From NCBI GenBank assembly GCA_004292795.1, contig RDXI01000018.1:1-51913 (forward strand): a stretch of 51,913 bases of DNA, read 5' to 3'. Position numbers and translations under genes: made by a program. This stretch comes from Bacteroidota bacterium (GTDB taxonomy: Bacteria; Bacteroidota; Bacteroidia; Cytophagales; Microscillaceae). A model generated the notes under the pieces. That model was not told the DNA's origin. It searched no databases and saw nothing but the letters and a program-made list of their open reading frames with translations. Positions 39,285-49,300 of this stretch are shown here, piece after piece (the first letter of the stretch is position 1; each line of letters starts with the position of its first letter).

Positions 39285-40304
39285 ATGCTACTTGACCAAG
39301 ACTATTTCGCCTTTTTAGGAGAAGTAAAGGATTTGATACGCAAAGCGCAAATACGCGCAAGCCGCGTGGTAAATAAAGAAATGATAACGCTTTATTGGGA
39401 TATTGGGCGTGTGATAGTGGAAAAACAAGAACTGTTGGGCTATGGTAAGTCTGTAGTGGAGCAACTTTCCAAAGATTTACGCGATGAGTTTCCAAATGTA
39501 GATGGCTTTTCTGCTCGCAATATGTGGGATATGCGTCACTTGTACCTTGCCTACAAAGACGAGCCAATTCTGCGACAGCTTGTCGCAGAAGTTCCTTGGA
39601 AACATAATACCATGATAATGAGTCTAAAAGACAAAGAGGCGCAAGCATTTTACCTGCTGAAAGTGAAAGAATTGCATTGGTCGCGTGAGGTGCTAACCTT
39701 TCAAATCAAAAACAAGGCTTACCAAAACTTACTTACCCAATCTAAAACACATAATTTTGGAAATACCCTGCCCGAAGCCCAAGCAGAGGAAGCTAACAGC
39801 ATTTTGAAAAGTGAATATACGTTTGATTTTTTGGGCTTACAGGAAACAGTTTTAGAAAAGGTTTTGGAAAATAGGCTCATGGAGCATTTGAAACAGTTTT
39901 TGCTTGAATTGGGCTATGGCTTTACGTTTGTGGGGCAACAATACAGAATCGTTTTGGGGCAGAAAGATTATTTTATCGATTTATTGTTTTTCCATAGAAA
40001 ACTCAAATGTTTGGTAGCCATTGATTTAAAAATTGGCGAATTTGAACCCGAATATGCAGGCAAGATGAATTTTTACTTGGAAGTGCTTGATGATACGGTA
40101 CGTATGCCTGACGAAAACCCCTCAATAGGCATTATTCTATGCACCAAAAAAGACGACTTAGAAGTTGAATATTCTTTGAGAAGCCAAAATAAACCTATAG
40201 GCGTAGCAGAATACAAACTATACGAACAACTGCCCGAAGAACTAAGCAAACAACTTCCCTCTGCTAAAGACATCAAAAAATACCTAAACTCCAAAAAGAA
40301 ATAA
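39285..40304 (+). CDS. YhcG/DUF1016-family PD-(D/E)xK nuclease-like protein, paralog 1
   Basis: Typical DUF1016 N-terminus (DYFAFLGEVKDLIRKAQIRASRVVNKEMITLYWDIGR). C-terminal PD-(D/E)xK core YFIDLLFF...LVAIDLKIGEF. Confidence 0.7.
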   Translation: MLLDQDYFAFLGEVKDLIRKAQIRASRVVNKEMITLYWDIGRVIVEKQELLGYGKSVVEQLSKDLRDEFPNVDGFSARNMWDMRHLYLAYKDEPILRQLVAEVPWKHNTMIMSLKDKEAQAFYLLKVKELHWSREVLTFQIKNKAYQNLLTQSKTHNFGNTLPEAQAEEANSILKSEYTFDFLGLQETVLEKVLENRLMEHLKQFLLELGYGFTFVGQQYRIVLGQKDYFIDLLFFHRKLKCLVAIDLKIGEFEPEYAGKMNFYLEVLDDTVRMPDENPSIGIILCTKKDDLEVEYSLRSQNKPIGVAEYKLYEQLPEELSKQLPSAKDIKKYLNSKKK

Positions 40305-40306
40305 AA

Positions 40307-40330
40307 CAGGCAAGACTCGCGTCTTGCCTG
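40307..40330 (+). terminator. Perfect palindrome CAGGCAAGAC-TCGC-GTCTTGCCTG directly after the YhcG-1 stop. No T-tract on the plus strand.
   Basis: 10-bp perfect stem. It is the same stem family as 38072 and 41448. Confidence 0.45.
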
Positions 40331-40433
40331 CTTGGTATGCTCAAAAAAAAATTTTTATTTTTGTTTAATTGAGTATTTGTTATGTATATTTGCATACTTT
40401 ACTTCTTTAAAAATCTCTAACCAAGTAAAAACT

Positions 40434-41447
40434 ATGCGCTCTGAAGATACCCTCTACCAAAATGTTCGCGAAATCATCTTGAACGCGAAGGCAAAAATCA
40501 ACCACACTGTCAATTTTACAGTGGTCGAAACCTATTGGCTTATAGGCAAGTACATCATCGAAGAAGAACAGCAAGGCAAACACCGCGCTGAGTATGGAAA
40601 ACAACAGATGAAACTTTTGGCTGAAAAGCTAACAGATGAGTTTGGTAAAAATTATGATAGAAGCAATCTTTTGCGCATGAAGAATTTTTACCTGCTTTTC
40701 CCAATTCGTGACGCACTGCGTCACGAATTGAGTTGGTCGCATTATCGCTCTCTTTTGCGCGTGGAAAGTGAGCAGGCAAGGCATTTTTATATCGCGGAGG
40801 CTATCTCGAATAATTGGGGAACGCGGGCTTTGGATAGACAAATCAATACGTTGTATTATGAACGCTTGCTTGCCTCCCAAGACAAAACACCCGTGAAACA
40901 AGAGATGTACGACAAAACAAAGGATTTAGCACCCGAAGACATCTTGAAAGACCCCTATATTTTGGATTTTCTGCAAATAGAAACACGCAAAACTTACCTC
41001 GAATCCGAACTCGAACAGGCTTTGATGGACAAGCTAAACGATTTTTTGTTGGAGTTAGGCAAGGGCTTTGCTTTTGTGGGAAGGCAAAAAAGAATAAGCA
41101 CCGAAACGAAAGATTTTTATATTGATTTGGTGTTTTACAACTATATTTTGAAATGCTTTGTGTTGATTGATTTGAAAATTGATGAACTTACACATCAAGA
41201 TATTGGGCAAATGGATATGTATGTGCGGCTTTTTGAGGATAAATACAAAGGTTCAGACGACAATCCGACTATTGGCTTGATACTCTGCACGCACAAAGAC
41301 CAAACTATAGTAAAATATTCAGTTTTGCATGAAAGTAAACAACTTTTTGCCTCCAAATATATGCTTTACTTGCCTACCGAAGAAGAACTAAGAAAGGAAA
41401 TAGAGCGCGAAAAGTATTTGATAGAACGCGAAAGGGCAGATAAATAA
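40434..41447 (+). CDS. YhcG/DUF1016-family PD-(D/E)xK nuclease-like protein, paralog 2
   Basis: Co-linear with paralog 1 (ETYWLIGKYI..., FYIDLVFYNYILKCFVLIDLKIDEL). Start set at MRSED. Confidence 0.7.
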   Translation: MRSEDTLYQNVREIILNAKAKINHTVNFTVVETYWLIGKYIIEEEQQGKHRAEYGKQQMKLLAEKLTDEFGKNYDRSNLLRMKNFYLLFPIRDALRHELSWSHYRSLLRVESEQARHFYIAEAISNNWGTRALDRQINTLYYERLLASQDKTPVKQEMYDKTKDLAPEDILKDPYILDFLQIETRKTYLESELEQALMDKLNDFLLELGKGFAFVGRQKRISTETKDFYIDLVFYNYILKCFVLIDLKIDELTHQDIGQMDMYVRLFEDKYKGSDDNPTIGLILCTHKDQTIVKYSVLHESKQLFASKYMLYLPTEEELRKEIEREKYLIERERADK

Positions 41448-41482
41448 CAGGCAAGACTCGCGCCTTGCCTGCTGTTTTTATT
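41448..41482. terminator. Bidirectional terminator (CAGGCAAGACTCGCGCCTTGCCTG plus T-run) shared by YhcG-2 and the convergent lysS
   Basis: Hairpin followed by ctgtttttatt on the plus strand. lysS stops at 41478. Confidence 0.65.
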
Positions 41483-43202
41483 GCAACCACGCCTCAATTT
41501 CTTCTTTCGTAGCGGGTTTCACACTGTCAAGTTTCATTTTTTTGCGCATACCGCCTATATCGTTTAGGAGCTTGCCTGCGCTTGCCTGCTTCAAGGCTTC
41601 TATAGTCAGGAAGCCCATTTTTTGTAGGATAGGCACAAGCTCTTCGCGCACACCGATAGCAACATAATCAGCAGTTTCTGCCATTTCTGTACGCTTTTCG
41701 GGGCGCATTTGAGGGAAGAAAAGCACATCTTGAATAGATGCTTCGTTGGTCATCAACATCGTAAGCCTGTCCATGCCTATGCCCATGCCTGAAGTGGGAG
41801 GCATACCATACTCAAGGGCGCGAATAAAATCAAGGTCTATGAACATAGCTTCGTCATCACCTTTTGCCGAGAGTTTGAGCTGTTCTTGAAAACGCTCATA
41901 TTGGTCTATCGGGTCGTTCAATTCCGAATACGCATTGCACAATTCCTTGCCATTCACGATAAGCTCGAAGCGTTCTGTGAGTTCAGGATTTTCGCGGTGG
42001 CGTTTGCACAAAGGCGACATTTCAATAGGATAATCCGTGATAAAAGTAGGCTGAATGAGGTTTGCTTCGCAGAGTTCGCCAAAAAGTTCATCAATCAACT
42101 TGCCTTTGCCCATCGAGGGCGCAGTTTCAATGCCTTTTTGTTGGCAGAAGGCGCGGAGTTCGTTTTCAGTCTTGCCTGCTATGTCTATCTCGTTGTTCGA
42201 ATACTTCAAAATGGCATCTCGCATACTTAGGCGAGCAAAAGGGCGTTGAAAATTGATTTCGTTCTTGCCTACCGTTACAGTCGTTTTGCCATGCAACGCA
42301 AGGGCTACCTTTTCAATCATTTCTTCGGTGAAATCCATCATCCAAAGATAATCCTTGTAGGCAACATAAATCTCCATAATCGTAAATTCGGGATTATGGG
42401 TTCTGTCCATACCTTCATTACGAAAATCTTTTGCAAATTCATACACGCCCTCGAAACCACCCACAATGAGGCGTTTCAAGTACAATTCATTCGCAATACG
42501 CAAATACAAAGGCATATCCAGCGCGTTGTGATGCGTGATGAAAGGTCTTGCACTCGCTCCACCAGGAATAGATTGCAAGATAGGCGTTTCTACTTCGAGG
42601 TAGCCTTTGCTATTGAAAAAGTCGCGGAGCGTGCTATAGATTTTAGTACGTTTCACAAACGTTTCGCGTACTTGTGGGTTTACCACAAGGTCAGCATAGC
42701 GTTGGCGATAGCGAAATTCGGCATCAGTAACGGCATCATGCACATTGCCCTCGCTATCTGTTTTCACGATAGGCAAGGGGCGCAAGGCTTTCGCCAAGAT
42801 AACCAAACGCTCTACGTGAATGCTAATCTCGCCTACTTGTGTACGAAAAACATAGCCTTCTACGCCTATGAAGTCGCCTAAATCGAGTAGTTTTTTGAAA
42901 ACTGTATTATAGAGTGTCTTGTCTTCGTCTGGGCAAATATCATCACGGCGAACATAAATTTGTATTCTGCCTGTAGTATCTTGGATTTCAGCAAAGGAAG
43001 CACTGCCTTGCACGCGCATACTCATAAGCCTGCCCGCAAGACGCACCTGTTTATAATTATCGGGTTGTTTATCAAAGTTTTCGAGAATATCCGTAGCGTA
43101 ATGCGTAAGGTGATATTGCGCGGCGGGGTATGGCTCTATGCCTATAGAGCGCATTTGTTGCAACTTGTCGCGCCTTAGTTGCTCTTGTTCGCTGAGAATC
43201 AT
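41478..43202 (-). CDS. lysS: Lysine--tRNA ligase (class II) with a C-terminal extension
   Basis: OB-fold anticodon-binding N-terminus. Class II motifs (FRNEG..., GMGIGMDRLTML). Length 574 aa. Confidence 0.9.
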   Translation of the reverse strand: MILSEQEQLRRDKLQQMRSIGIEPYPAAQYHLTHYATDILENFDKQPDNYKQVRLAGRLMSMRVQGSASFAEIQDTTGRIQIYVRRDDICPDEDKTLYNTVFKKLLDLGDFIGVEGYVFRTQVGEISIHVERLVILAKALRPLPIVKTDSEGNVHDAVTDAEFRYRQRYADLVVNPQVRETFVKRTKIYSTLRDFFNSKGYLEVETPILQSIPGGASARPFITHHNALDMPLYLRIANELYLKRLIVGGFEGVYEFAKDFRNEGMDRTHNPEFTIMEIYVAYKDYLWMMDFTEEMIEKVALALHGKTTVTVGKNEINFQRPFARLSMRDAILKYSNNEIDIAGKTENELRAFCQQKGIETAPSMGKGKLIDELFGELCEANLIQPTFITDYPIEMSPLCKRHRENPELTERFELIVNGKELCNAYSELNDPIDQYERFQEQLKLSAKGDDEAMFIDLDFIRALEYGMPPTSGMGIGMDRLTMLMTNEASIQDVLFFPQMRPEKRTEMAETADYVAIGVREELVPILQKMGFLTIEALKQASAGKLLNDIGGMRKKMKLDSVKPATKEEIEAWLQ

Positions 43203-43226
43203 AAGCGTTTTGAAATTTTTGCAAAA

Positions 43227-43491
43227 ATAGCTTTTTCTTGTGAAAAAGCTATAGCAATTTGATGAACTATAGCTTTTTCTCGTGAAAAAAGCTATAGCAA
43301 TTTGATGAACTATAGCTTTTTCTTGTGAAAAAGCTATAGCAATTTGATGAACTATAGCTTTTTCTTGTGAAAAAGCTATAGCATCTTGTGAAAAAGCTAT
43401 AGCAATTTGATGAACTATAGCTTTTTCTTGTGAAAAAGCTATAGCAATTTGATGAACTATAGCTTTTTTTCTGAAAAACGCAAAAAGCTAT
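43227..43491. repeat. Tandem array of six or seven 42-bp units. Each unit is a 26-bp palindrome (ATAGCTTTTTCTTGTGAAAAAGCTAT) plus a constant 16-bp linker (AGCAATTTGATGAACT). It lies in the lysS upstream region.
   Basis: Direct reading. Units start at 43227, 43269, 43312, 43354 and 43417. A degenerate unit starts at 43459, and a partial internal duplication lies at 43380-43400. Confidence 0.85.
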
Positions 43492-44177
43492 TTATCCTTC
43501 GCACACCTGAAGCCCACGTCATAGCTAAATTCGTCTGAAGGGAGCGAAAGGCGCAGGGAAGGGCGCGAATCTTGTCCCAACTTGCCTGCACGCAGGGCTT
43601 TAGGGCGGTTGAGCTTGCCTTGATAATAGTTAGACTCGCTGTATTCGAAATAAAAATTTTCGCACCATTGCCAAAGGTTTTCGGTAGCGTAGGCAAGTTT
43701 CAACGTTTCCGCATTTTGCAATGCCTTCTCCCATTCGAACTCGGAGGGCAAACGCTTTCCTATCCAATTCGCGTAGGCTTGTGCATCATGCCAACTTACC
43801 TGCCTGACGGGTTCATGCGGTTCGGCTTTTGCCTTGCCTGTGGGGTTTTGCCAAGTTGCGCCTTGCACCTTTTTCCACGTTTGCGCGGTGCTGTCGTAGC
43901 ACACCCCAAAACCGTGCTTTTCGGCAGTGGTGCGGTATTGCGTGAAGCGTATAAATTTTTTAAACTCGCCTACCGTAACGGGCTGTTGGTCGAGCCAAAA
44001 ACCCGCAAGGCGTGTTTCGAAAGCAGGTTTTTCGCTGTCTGTGCCTTTGTCATTGCCTATTTTGGTAGTGCCACCTTGCACCCATACCATACCTTGCGGG
44101 GCTGTCTGCGCCCAAGCAGGCGAGATGCTTAGACAAAGTAGGCAAGAAAAAAAGATAGATTTTGCTGTAGTATTCAT
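43488..44177 (-). CDS. Formylglycine-generating-enzyme (FGE)/sulfatase-modifying-factor domain protein, secreted
   Basis: Signal peptide. FGE-sulfatase motifs LAGFWLDQQPVTVGEF, RLPSEFEWEKA and GFRCAKD. Length 229 aa. Confidence 0.7.
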   Translation of the reverse strand: MNTTAKSIFFSCLLCLSISPAWAQTAPQGMVWVQGGTTKIGNDKGTDSEKPAFETRLAGFWLDQQPVTVGEFKKFIRFTQYRTTAEKHGFGVCYDSTAQTWKKVQGATWQNPTGKAKAEPHEPVRQVSWHDAQAYANWIGKRLPSEFEWEKALQNAETLKLAYATENLWQWCENFYFEYSESNYYQGKLNRPKALRAGKLGQDSRPSLRLSLPSDEFSYDVGFRCAKDK

Positions 44178-44219
44178 GTCGCTTGGTTGAAAAAGTTGGG
44201 CAAAGGTAAGAAAATCTTG

Positions 44220-44945
44220 TCAAAACTTCATCAACGCCCCGATAACCATGCCTAAGGCTATGATGCCTAACAAGCTGTTATTGAGCGTGTTATAGGTTTT
44301 TTCGCTTATTTTTTCTATCAAATAACGCCCTATCAACGAACCTATGACCGCCGCCAAACCCAGCAAGACCAACAAAAGGCTGTATTGCGCAAACGAAAAA
44401 CGGACTACAGTAACGAAAACTAACAATTTCACGATTTGCGTAATGCCCTGACAAACGGACTTGGTAGCGACCATGCGCTCCTTCGTGATGTTGTTCAGCA
44501 CAAAGAAAGACGCAATAAAGGGACCGCTTACGGCTACCAACATTCCTAAAAAACTACCCAAAAAACCTAACAACGTAAATACTTCGTAGCGAAGCCCGTT
44601 TTTAAACTTCGGTTTGGGTATGGCAAGCGTAATGAGAATAAACACACCCACCGCCAATTCGAGCCATTTTTCCGCAAAAAAATCTACACACAAACCGCCC
44701 AAATACGCCCATGGAAGCGTTAGCATGATGAAATAGCGCACTATTTTCCATTCTATCATCTTGTAATACACGCCTATACGCGCCACATTGCCCACAAACT
44801 GCACTACACTATGCAGAGGAACTGCGTTTTTGATGCCCACACTCCACGTAAGCACTGCCAAAATCATAGTGCCACCCGCCAATCCGAAAAGCGCGGAAAG
44901 GACAGATGCCAACACAACCGCCACAAAAAGCAACGCATAAAGCAT
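44220..44945 (-). CDS. TauE/SafE (DUF81) family membrane transporter
   Basis: Seven or eight transmembrane helices with a Gly-rich first helix (LFGLAGGTMIL). Length 241 aa. Confidence 0.65.
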   Translation of the reverse strand: MLYALLFVAVVLASVLSALFGLAGGTMILAVLTWSVGIKNAVPLHSVVQFVGNVARIGVYYKMIEWKIVRYFIMLTLPWAYLGGLCVDFFAEKWLELAVGVFILITLAIPKPKFKNGLRYEVFTLLGFLGSFLGMLVAVSGPFIASFFVLNNITKERMVATKSVCQGITQIVKLLVFVTVVRFSFAQYSLLLVLLGLAAVIGSLIGRYLIEKISEKTYNTLNNSLLGIIALGMVIGALMKF

Positions 44946-44984
44946 ACTTGTTGATAGTTTTAAGATTGTAAAAAATGTTTATTT

Positions 44985-45380
44985 TTGTATATGCTTATTC
45001 AACTCCACCCTACCGATACGCCACCGCAACGCTATATTTTTGATGGCTTCGAGCCTCAAGATTGGAACGAAGAAATGGCGTTGTTGCCGTTGTTTCCTTT
45101 CCTGCGTTTTACTTGGGCAGAGTTGGCAGGACAGCCTTTGAGAGCTTTGCAAAGTTTGGTCAGTGCGTCCTCTTTCAAACAAATCGTTGAAAATCAACAT
45201 ATTGCAGTGCCTCGAAACGAATGGCAAACCTATCGAGGAATGGACGGCTTGCCTACTTATTACCTACAAAAATATGACGAAAAACGCAACGTTTCACTTT
45301 TGGTCTTGATAAGTTTTGGCGAATACCAACCTTCGCGCTACATAGCACATTTGGAAGGCGTGTATGAAACGATAGGATAG
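44985..45380 (+). CDS. Hypothetical protein (131 aa)
   Basis: ORF only. Confidence 0.35.
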   Translation: MYMLIQLHPTDTPPQRYIFDGFEPQDWNEEMALLPLFPFLRFTWAELAGQPLRALQSLVSASSFKQIVENQHIAVPRNEWQTYRGMDGLPTYYLQKYDEKRNVSLLVLISFGEYQPSRYIAHLEGVYETIG

Positions 45381-45394
45381 CTTCGCACAAGGAC

Positions 45395-46210
45395 TTACTT
45401 TCCAAGCTCTTTCCAGTCTTTTTCTGTACTTTGAGGGGAAGTGTAGTAAAATTTATCGTTTTCTTTTTTGATAGCAATGTCGGGCATATCAGGGAAGGCA
45501 AGTTTGGTTCGTTTGCGCAATTCCTTGCTATAGTCAAAACTCATTTCCAACAACAATGCGCCATTTTTCATATTTTGCATAATTTTCTCTGCCAACTGCG
45601 CCATGAGGCGGTTGTCTTTGATAGGCGCGAAGAGATAAATCACGTCTTTGTCTTTGTAGATGTCAGGCGAGGTCTTGACCGCATCTGCATGCACAATATC
45701 GATTTTCTTTTGCTGTATGAACTCTTGCAGGGCGTGTTTGCTAATTTGCACCAATTTTTGCGAATATTCCAAGCCATAGCTTTTCTCAAAACCCCAACAA
45801 AGCGCGGCATAGACCTTTTCGCCATTGCCCGAACCCACATCAAGAAAAGTCTTGTGTTCGGGAGTTTTGAAACTACGCATCACATCACTAAACTTGTTCA
45901 AATCATACAAAACTGCCTTGCTATATTCGGGATTATCTTCTTGCAAATAGTTTTCTACCTTGCCATAAATACAAGTAATAAACTTGCTCTTATAGGCAAA
46001 ATCTTTGCTTTTGAGGCAATAATTGTAAATATCCAACAGGCTCACCTTCAAACTATCCATCTGTTTTTGTATCACAGCATTAGGCGTTTGTAGGTCAGTT
46101 TTGGCTAAGAACTTGGCTTTTATATCGGCGGGTGTTTCAATCCGTTCACAACTAAGGCAAAGGCAGGCAAGCAGGCAAGACAGCAGTATCTTTCGAGTCA
46201 TTTCAGGCAT
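45395..46210 (-). CDS. Class I SAM-dependent methyltransferase-fold protein with an N-terminal lipoprotein signal
   Basis: Lipobox LCLSC. Motif I LDVGSGNG. Post-I acidic IVHADA. Confidence 0.55.
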   Translation of the reverse strand: MPEMTRKILLSCLLACLCLSCERIETPADIKAKFLAKTDLQTPNAVIQKQMDSLKVSLLDIYNYCLKSKDFAYKSKFITCIYGKVENYLQEDNPEYSKAVLYDLNKFSDVMRSFKTPEHKTFLDVGSGNGEKVYAALCWGFEKSYGLEYSQKLVQISKHALQEFIQQKKIDIVHADAVKTSPDIYKDKDVIYLFAPIKDNRLMAQLAEKIMQNMKNGALLLEMSFDYSKELRKRTKLAFPDMPDIAIKKENDKFYYTSPQSTEKDWKELGK

Positions 46211-46327
46211 CAGAGAATTGTGTTTGCAAAGCTATACAAAAAAAGTGGTTTTGTTATAAAAGCATATACACCGAAAAAAACGTTTTCACAACGCCATAAA
46301 ACGCGCCTTATTCCGTATTATAACAGT

Positions 46328-49300
46328 ATGCGCAAATTTTTGGTACTTATTTGTTGTTTTGCTTCGTCCTTGCCTACTTGGGCGCAAACAAGCCTCCGCG
46401 AAGAACGCTTGCCTGTGCGTATGCAGGGCAAATGGGGCTGTATCGACTTGGCAGGCAAGGTCATTATCTCGCCTGTCTTTGACTACATCAGCACCTTCAA
46501 AAATGGCACAGCCATTGCCCAAAAAAACGGCAAATTGGGCGTGATAGACAAACATGGCAATACGCTTTTGCCTTTCGAACACCTGAATTTGGACACCCTT
46601 AGCACCGAATGTTTTGCCACACGCAACGAAGCGGGCAAATGGGGCGTGATAAAAATAAATGGCGAAATTGTAGTGCCTATCACATATACACAAATCGTAG
46701 CCCAAAAATATGCTACCAATACCATTTTCCAAGTGCGCCAAGAGGGACTTTGGGACGCTTACAACGAAGCAGGCAAGCGCATTTCGACTGAACACGAAAC
46801 GTATGATTTCTACAAACCCACGCTGATTGTTTGCAAACGAAACGACAAACTCGGCTTAGTAAACATCAACGGCACGCCAATCTTGCCTACCGAATACGAA
46901 AGTTTCGCGCCTTATCCTTACAGAACGGATTATTTTTATGCGCAGAAAGATAAAAAATTTGGACTCGTAACAGACTCAGGCAAGGTTATCGTGCCTTGCG
47001 AATACGACTACATCAAAACTGTAGGGCAGGGTGGCAACCGCGTTACGCTACAACGCGCCGAAAACACTTTGATAGAAGTAGGCAAGCAAGGCAAAAAAGG
47101 CATTTTTAGTATTCTTTTCGAGGAAATCTTGCCTGCAGAATATGACGACTTCGAGCCACACCCACAATATGCAAACCTTATCACCATCACCAAAGGAGGA
47201 GCGCAAGGGCTATTTGACGGCAATACGCGAAAAGTTGTATTGCCTTGCAAATTTTCAAATATTGTATTGGTTACGAATGATTTGGCGATTATATCCCAAG
47301 AAAAAGACAACATTACCTTATCAGGAGCGCACAACATAGCCACGAACAAGGAACTTATCTCTGTGCAGTACAATAGCTTGCAGACTGTAGGCAGTGGGCG
47401 CAATATGTATTTTATAGCGAGCTACACCAATCAATACACCATTTACAACCAACAAGGAAGGAAAATCACCCAAAATTTACCGCTTGATGATGTGCGTTTT
47501 GATGTGGCGGGCATTTTTTTGTTGCGGGTAGGCAAGGTATGGGGACTGTTGAACGAAGCGTGTTTTGTGCAACCGCAATTTGATGGCATTAGCCCCTTCA
47601 AACGCAATTTGGCAATGACGCGCATGGGCAATCTGTATGGCTTGATAAACAATCGAGGGCAGGTCATCGCCCCAATTCAATACCTGCAAATCAAGATGAT
47701 AGGGCAAACAGCGCGTGCCTTTCGAGCTGATGGCTCTACGGATATTATCACCTTCGACGAGCAAGGCAATTTTGTAGAACGCACTACCTACAGCACGAAA
47801 CTGAAAACCATAGGCATCAAAAAAGACCAAACCAAAGTCGAGGAGAAAAAAGCTGAAGAATGGCAATTTGACTTAGAACAAGCGCAACGTTCCTTGCCTG
47901 CGCGTGCAAACTTGCCTACCCAAACCACACGAAGAGTATCGGGGATTCCAACGCGCTCCCTCAACGACTTTACGTTTGGGGCGCATAGTTTTGTTTATAA
48001 TGGTGCAGTGCAAAAATGGTGTGTGCTTCGTCAAAGTGGCGATACTTTGATTCCTGCCATATTTGAGTATGTGAATGAAATTCCTTCGCTTGGCTTCGTG
48101 CAGACTGCCCACGTGATAGAAGACACTGAAGGCGACACCAAAGGCAAGAAATTTGTGCATTGGGGTTTGCTTGATGCTGAAACGGGCAAGTGGATTTATC
48201 CCGAAACAAAAGACGCTTTGCGCCAAGTGGAAGCCTTGCTCAAAGACTTTCAACGTGGCGAAATAGGCAGAACATCTGCCTTCTTTTTGCGCAAAGATGG
48301 CGTGGCTATCAACAGCGTGAAAGTTACGGAAAAACAGAAAGTTGAAAGAAGATACTTGGCATATTGCGAACCCTTTGACACCCTGACGAATTTGGCAGAA
48401 TTTAATGCAGGCGGAAGTATAGACAAAAAATTGGCTCGCATCAAGCCCAATGTAACCAATGGAGCTTGGGGCTTGATGAACCGAAGCGGGGTGGTGGTAT
48501 CCTCGCCTACCTACCACGAAATACGCCCCAAACGCCAAATGTATTTTGTGCGCAGGGACAATGCTTGGGGAGCTTTGGACAGCACAGGCAGGGAAGTTGT
48601 GCCTTGCCTATATGCCAAAACGGACTACGTGCCAAACAACGAAGGCACGCCCATGCGCGACTTTATTTTGCTTTCCAAAACCGTAGAAAGGTATGGCTTT
48701 TTGGATAGCTCGCGTACTATAGTCATTGATGCCACTTTCAAAAATGCACAACATTTTCGAGAGGGCTTCGCGCCTGTGATGTGCGACAGCACTGTAGGCA
48801 AGGAACGCAAAACGCTTTGGACTTTTATCGACAAGCAAGGAAACTTGCTACACCCTTACGCCTTCAGGGAGGCAAGGCACTTTCACGAAGGGCTGGCTGG
48901 CGTGAAAATAGGGCAAAAATGGGGCTATCTCAACACGCAAGGGCAAATCGCCATAGAACCTGCCTACAGCCAAGCGCAAGACTTTCACGAAGGCAAGGCT
49001 GTAGTCCGCGATTTCAACACAGGCAAGCTACACTACATCAACCAAGATGGCTCGCGCCTCAATGAACTTGCCTATGAAAAAGCCTCCGACTTCGAACAAG
49101 GAATAGCCATTGCACAAGACAGCGAAAAAAAACTGTATGGTTTGTTGCAGGCAAGCGGAACGTGGCTCTTGTTTCCTAAATATGTGCATATTGCCCCTTT
49201 CAACGAACAAGGATACGCCCACTACAAAGACGAATTAGGCGCGAAATTGGGCTTATTGGATAGGCAAGGACGCGAGATAACCAAAGCCAAATACACCAAA

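Noticed and set aside
43227-43491. Possible CRISPR array (26-bp palindromic repeat with regular 16-bp spacing)
   Set aside because: All 16-bp 'spacers' are identical and no cas genes are nearby. It is a tandem minisatellite, not a CRISPR array.
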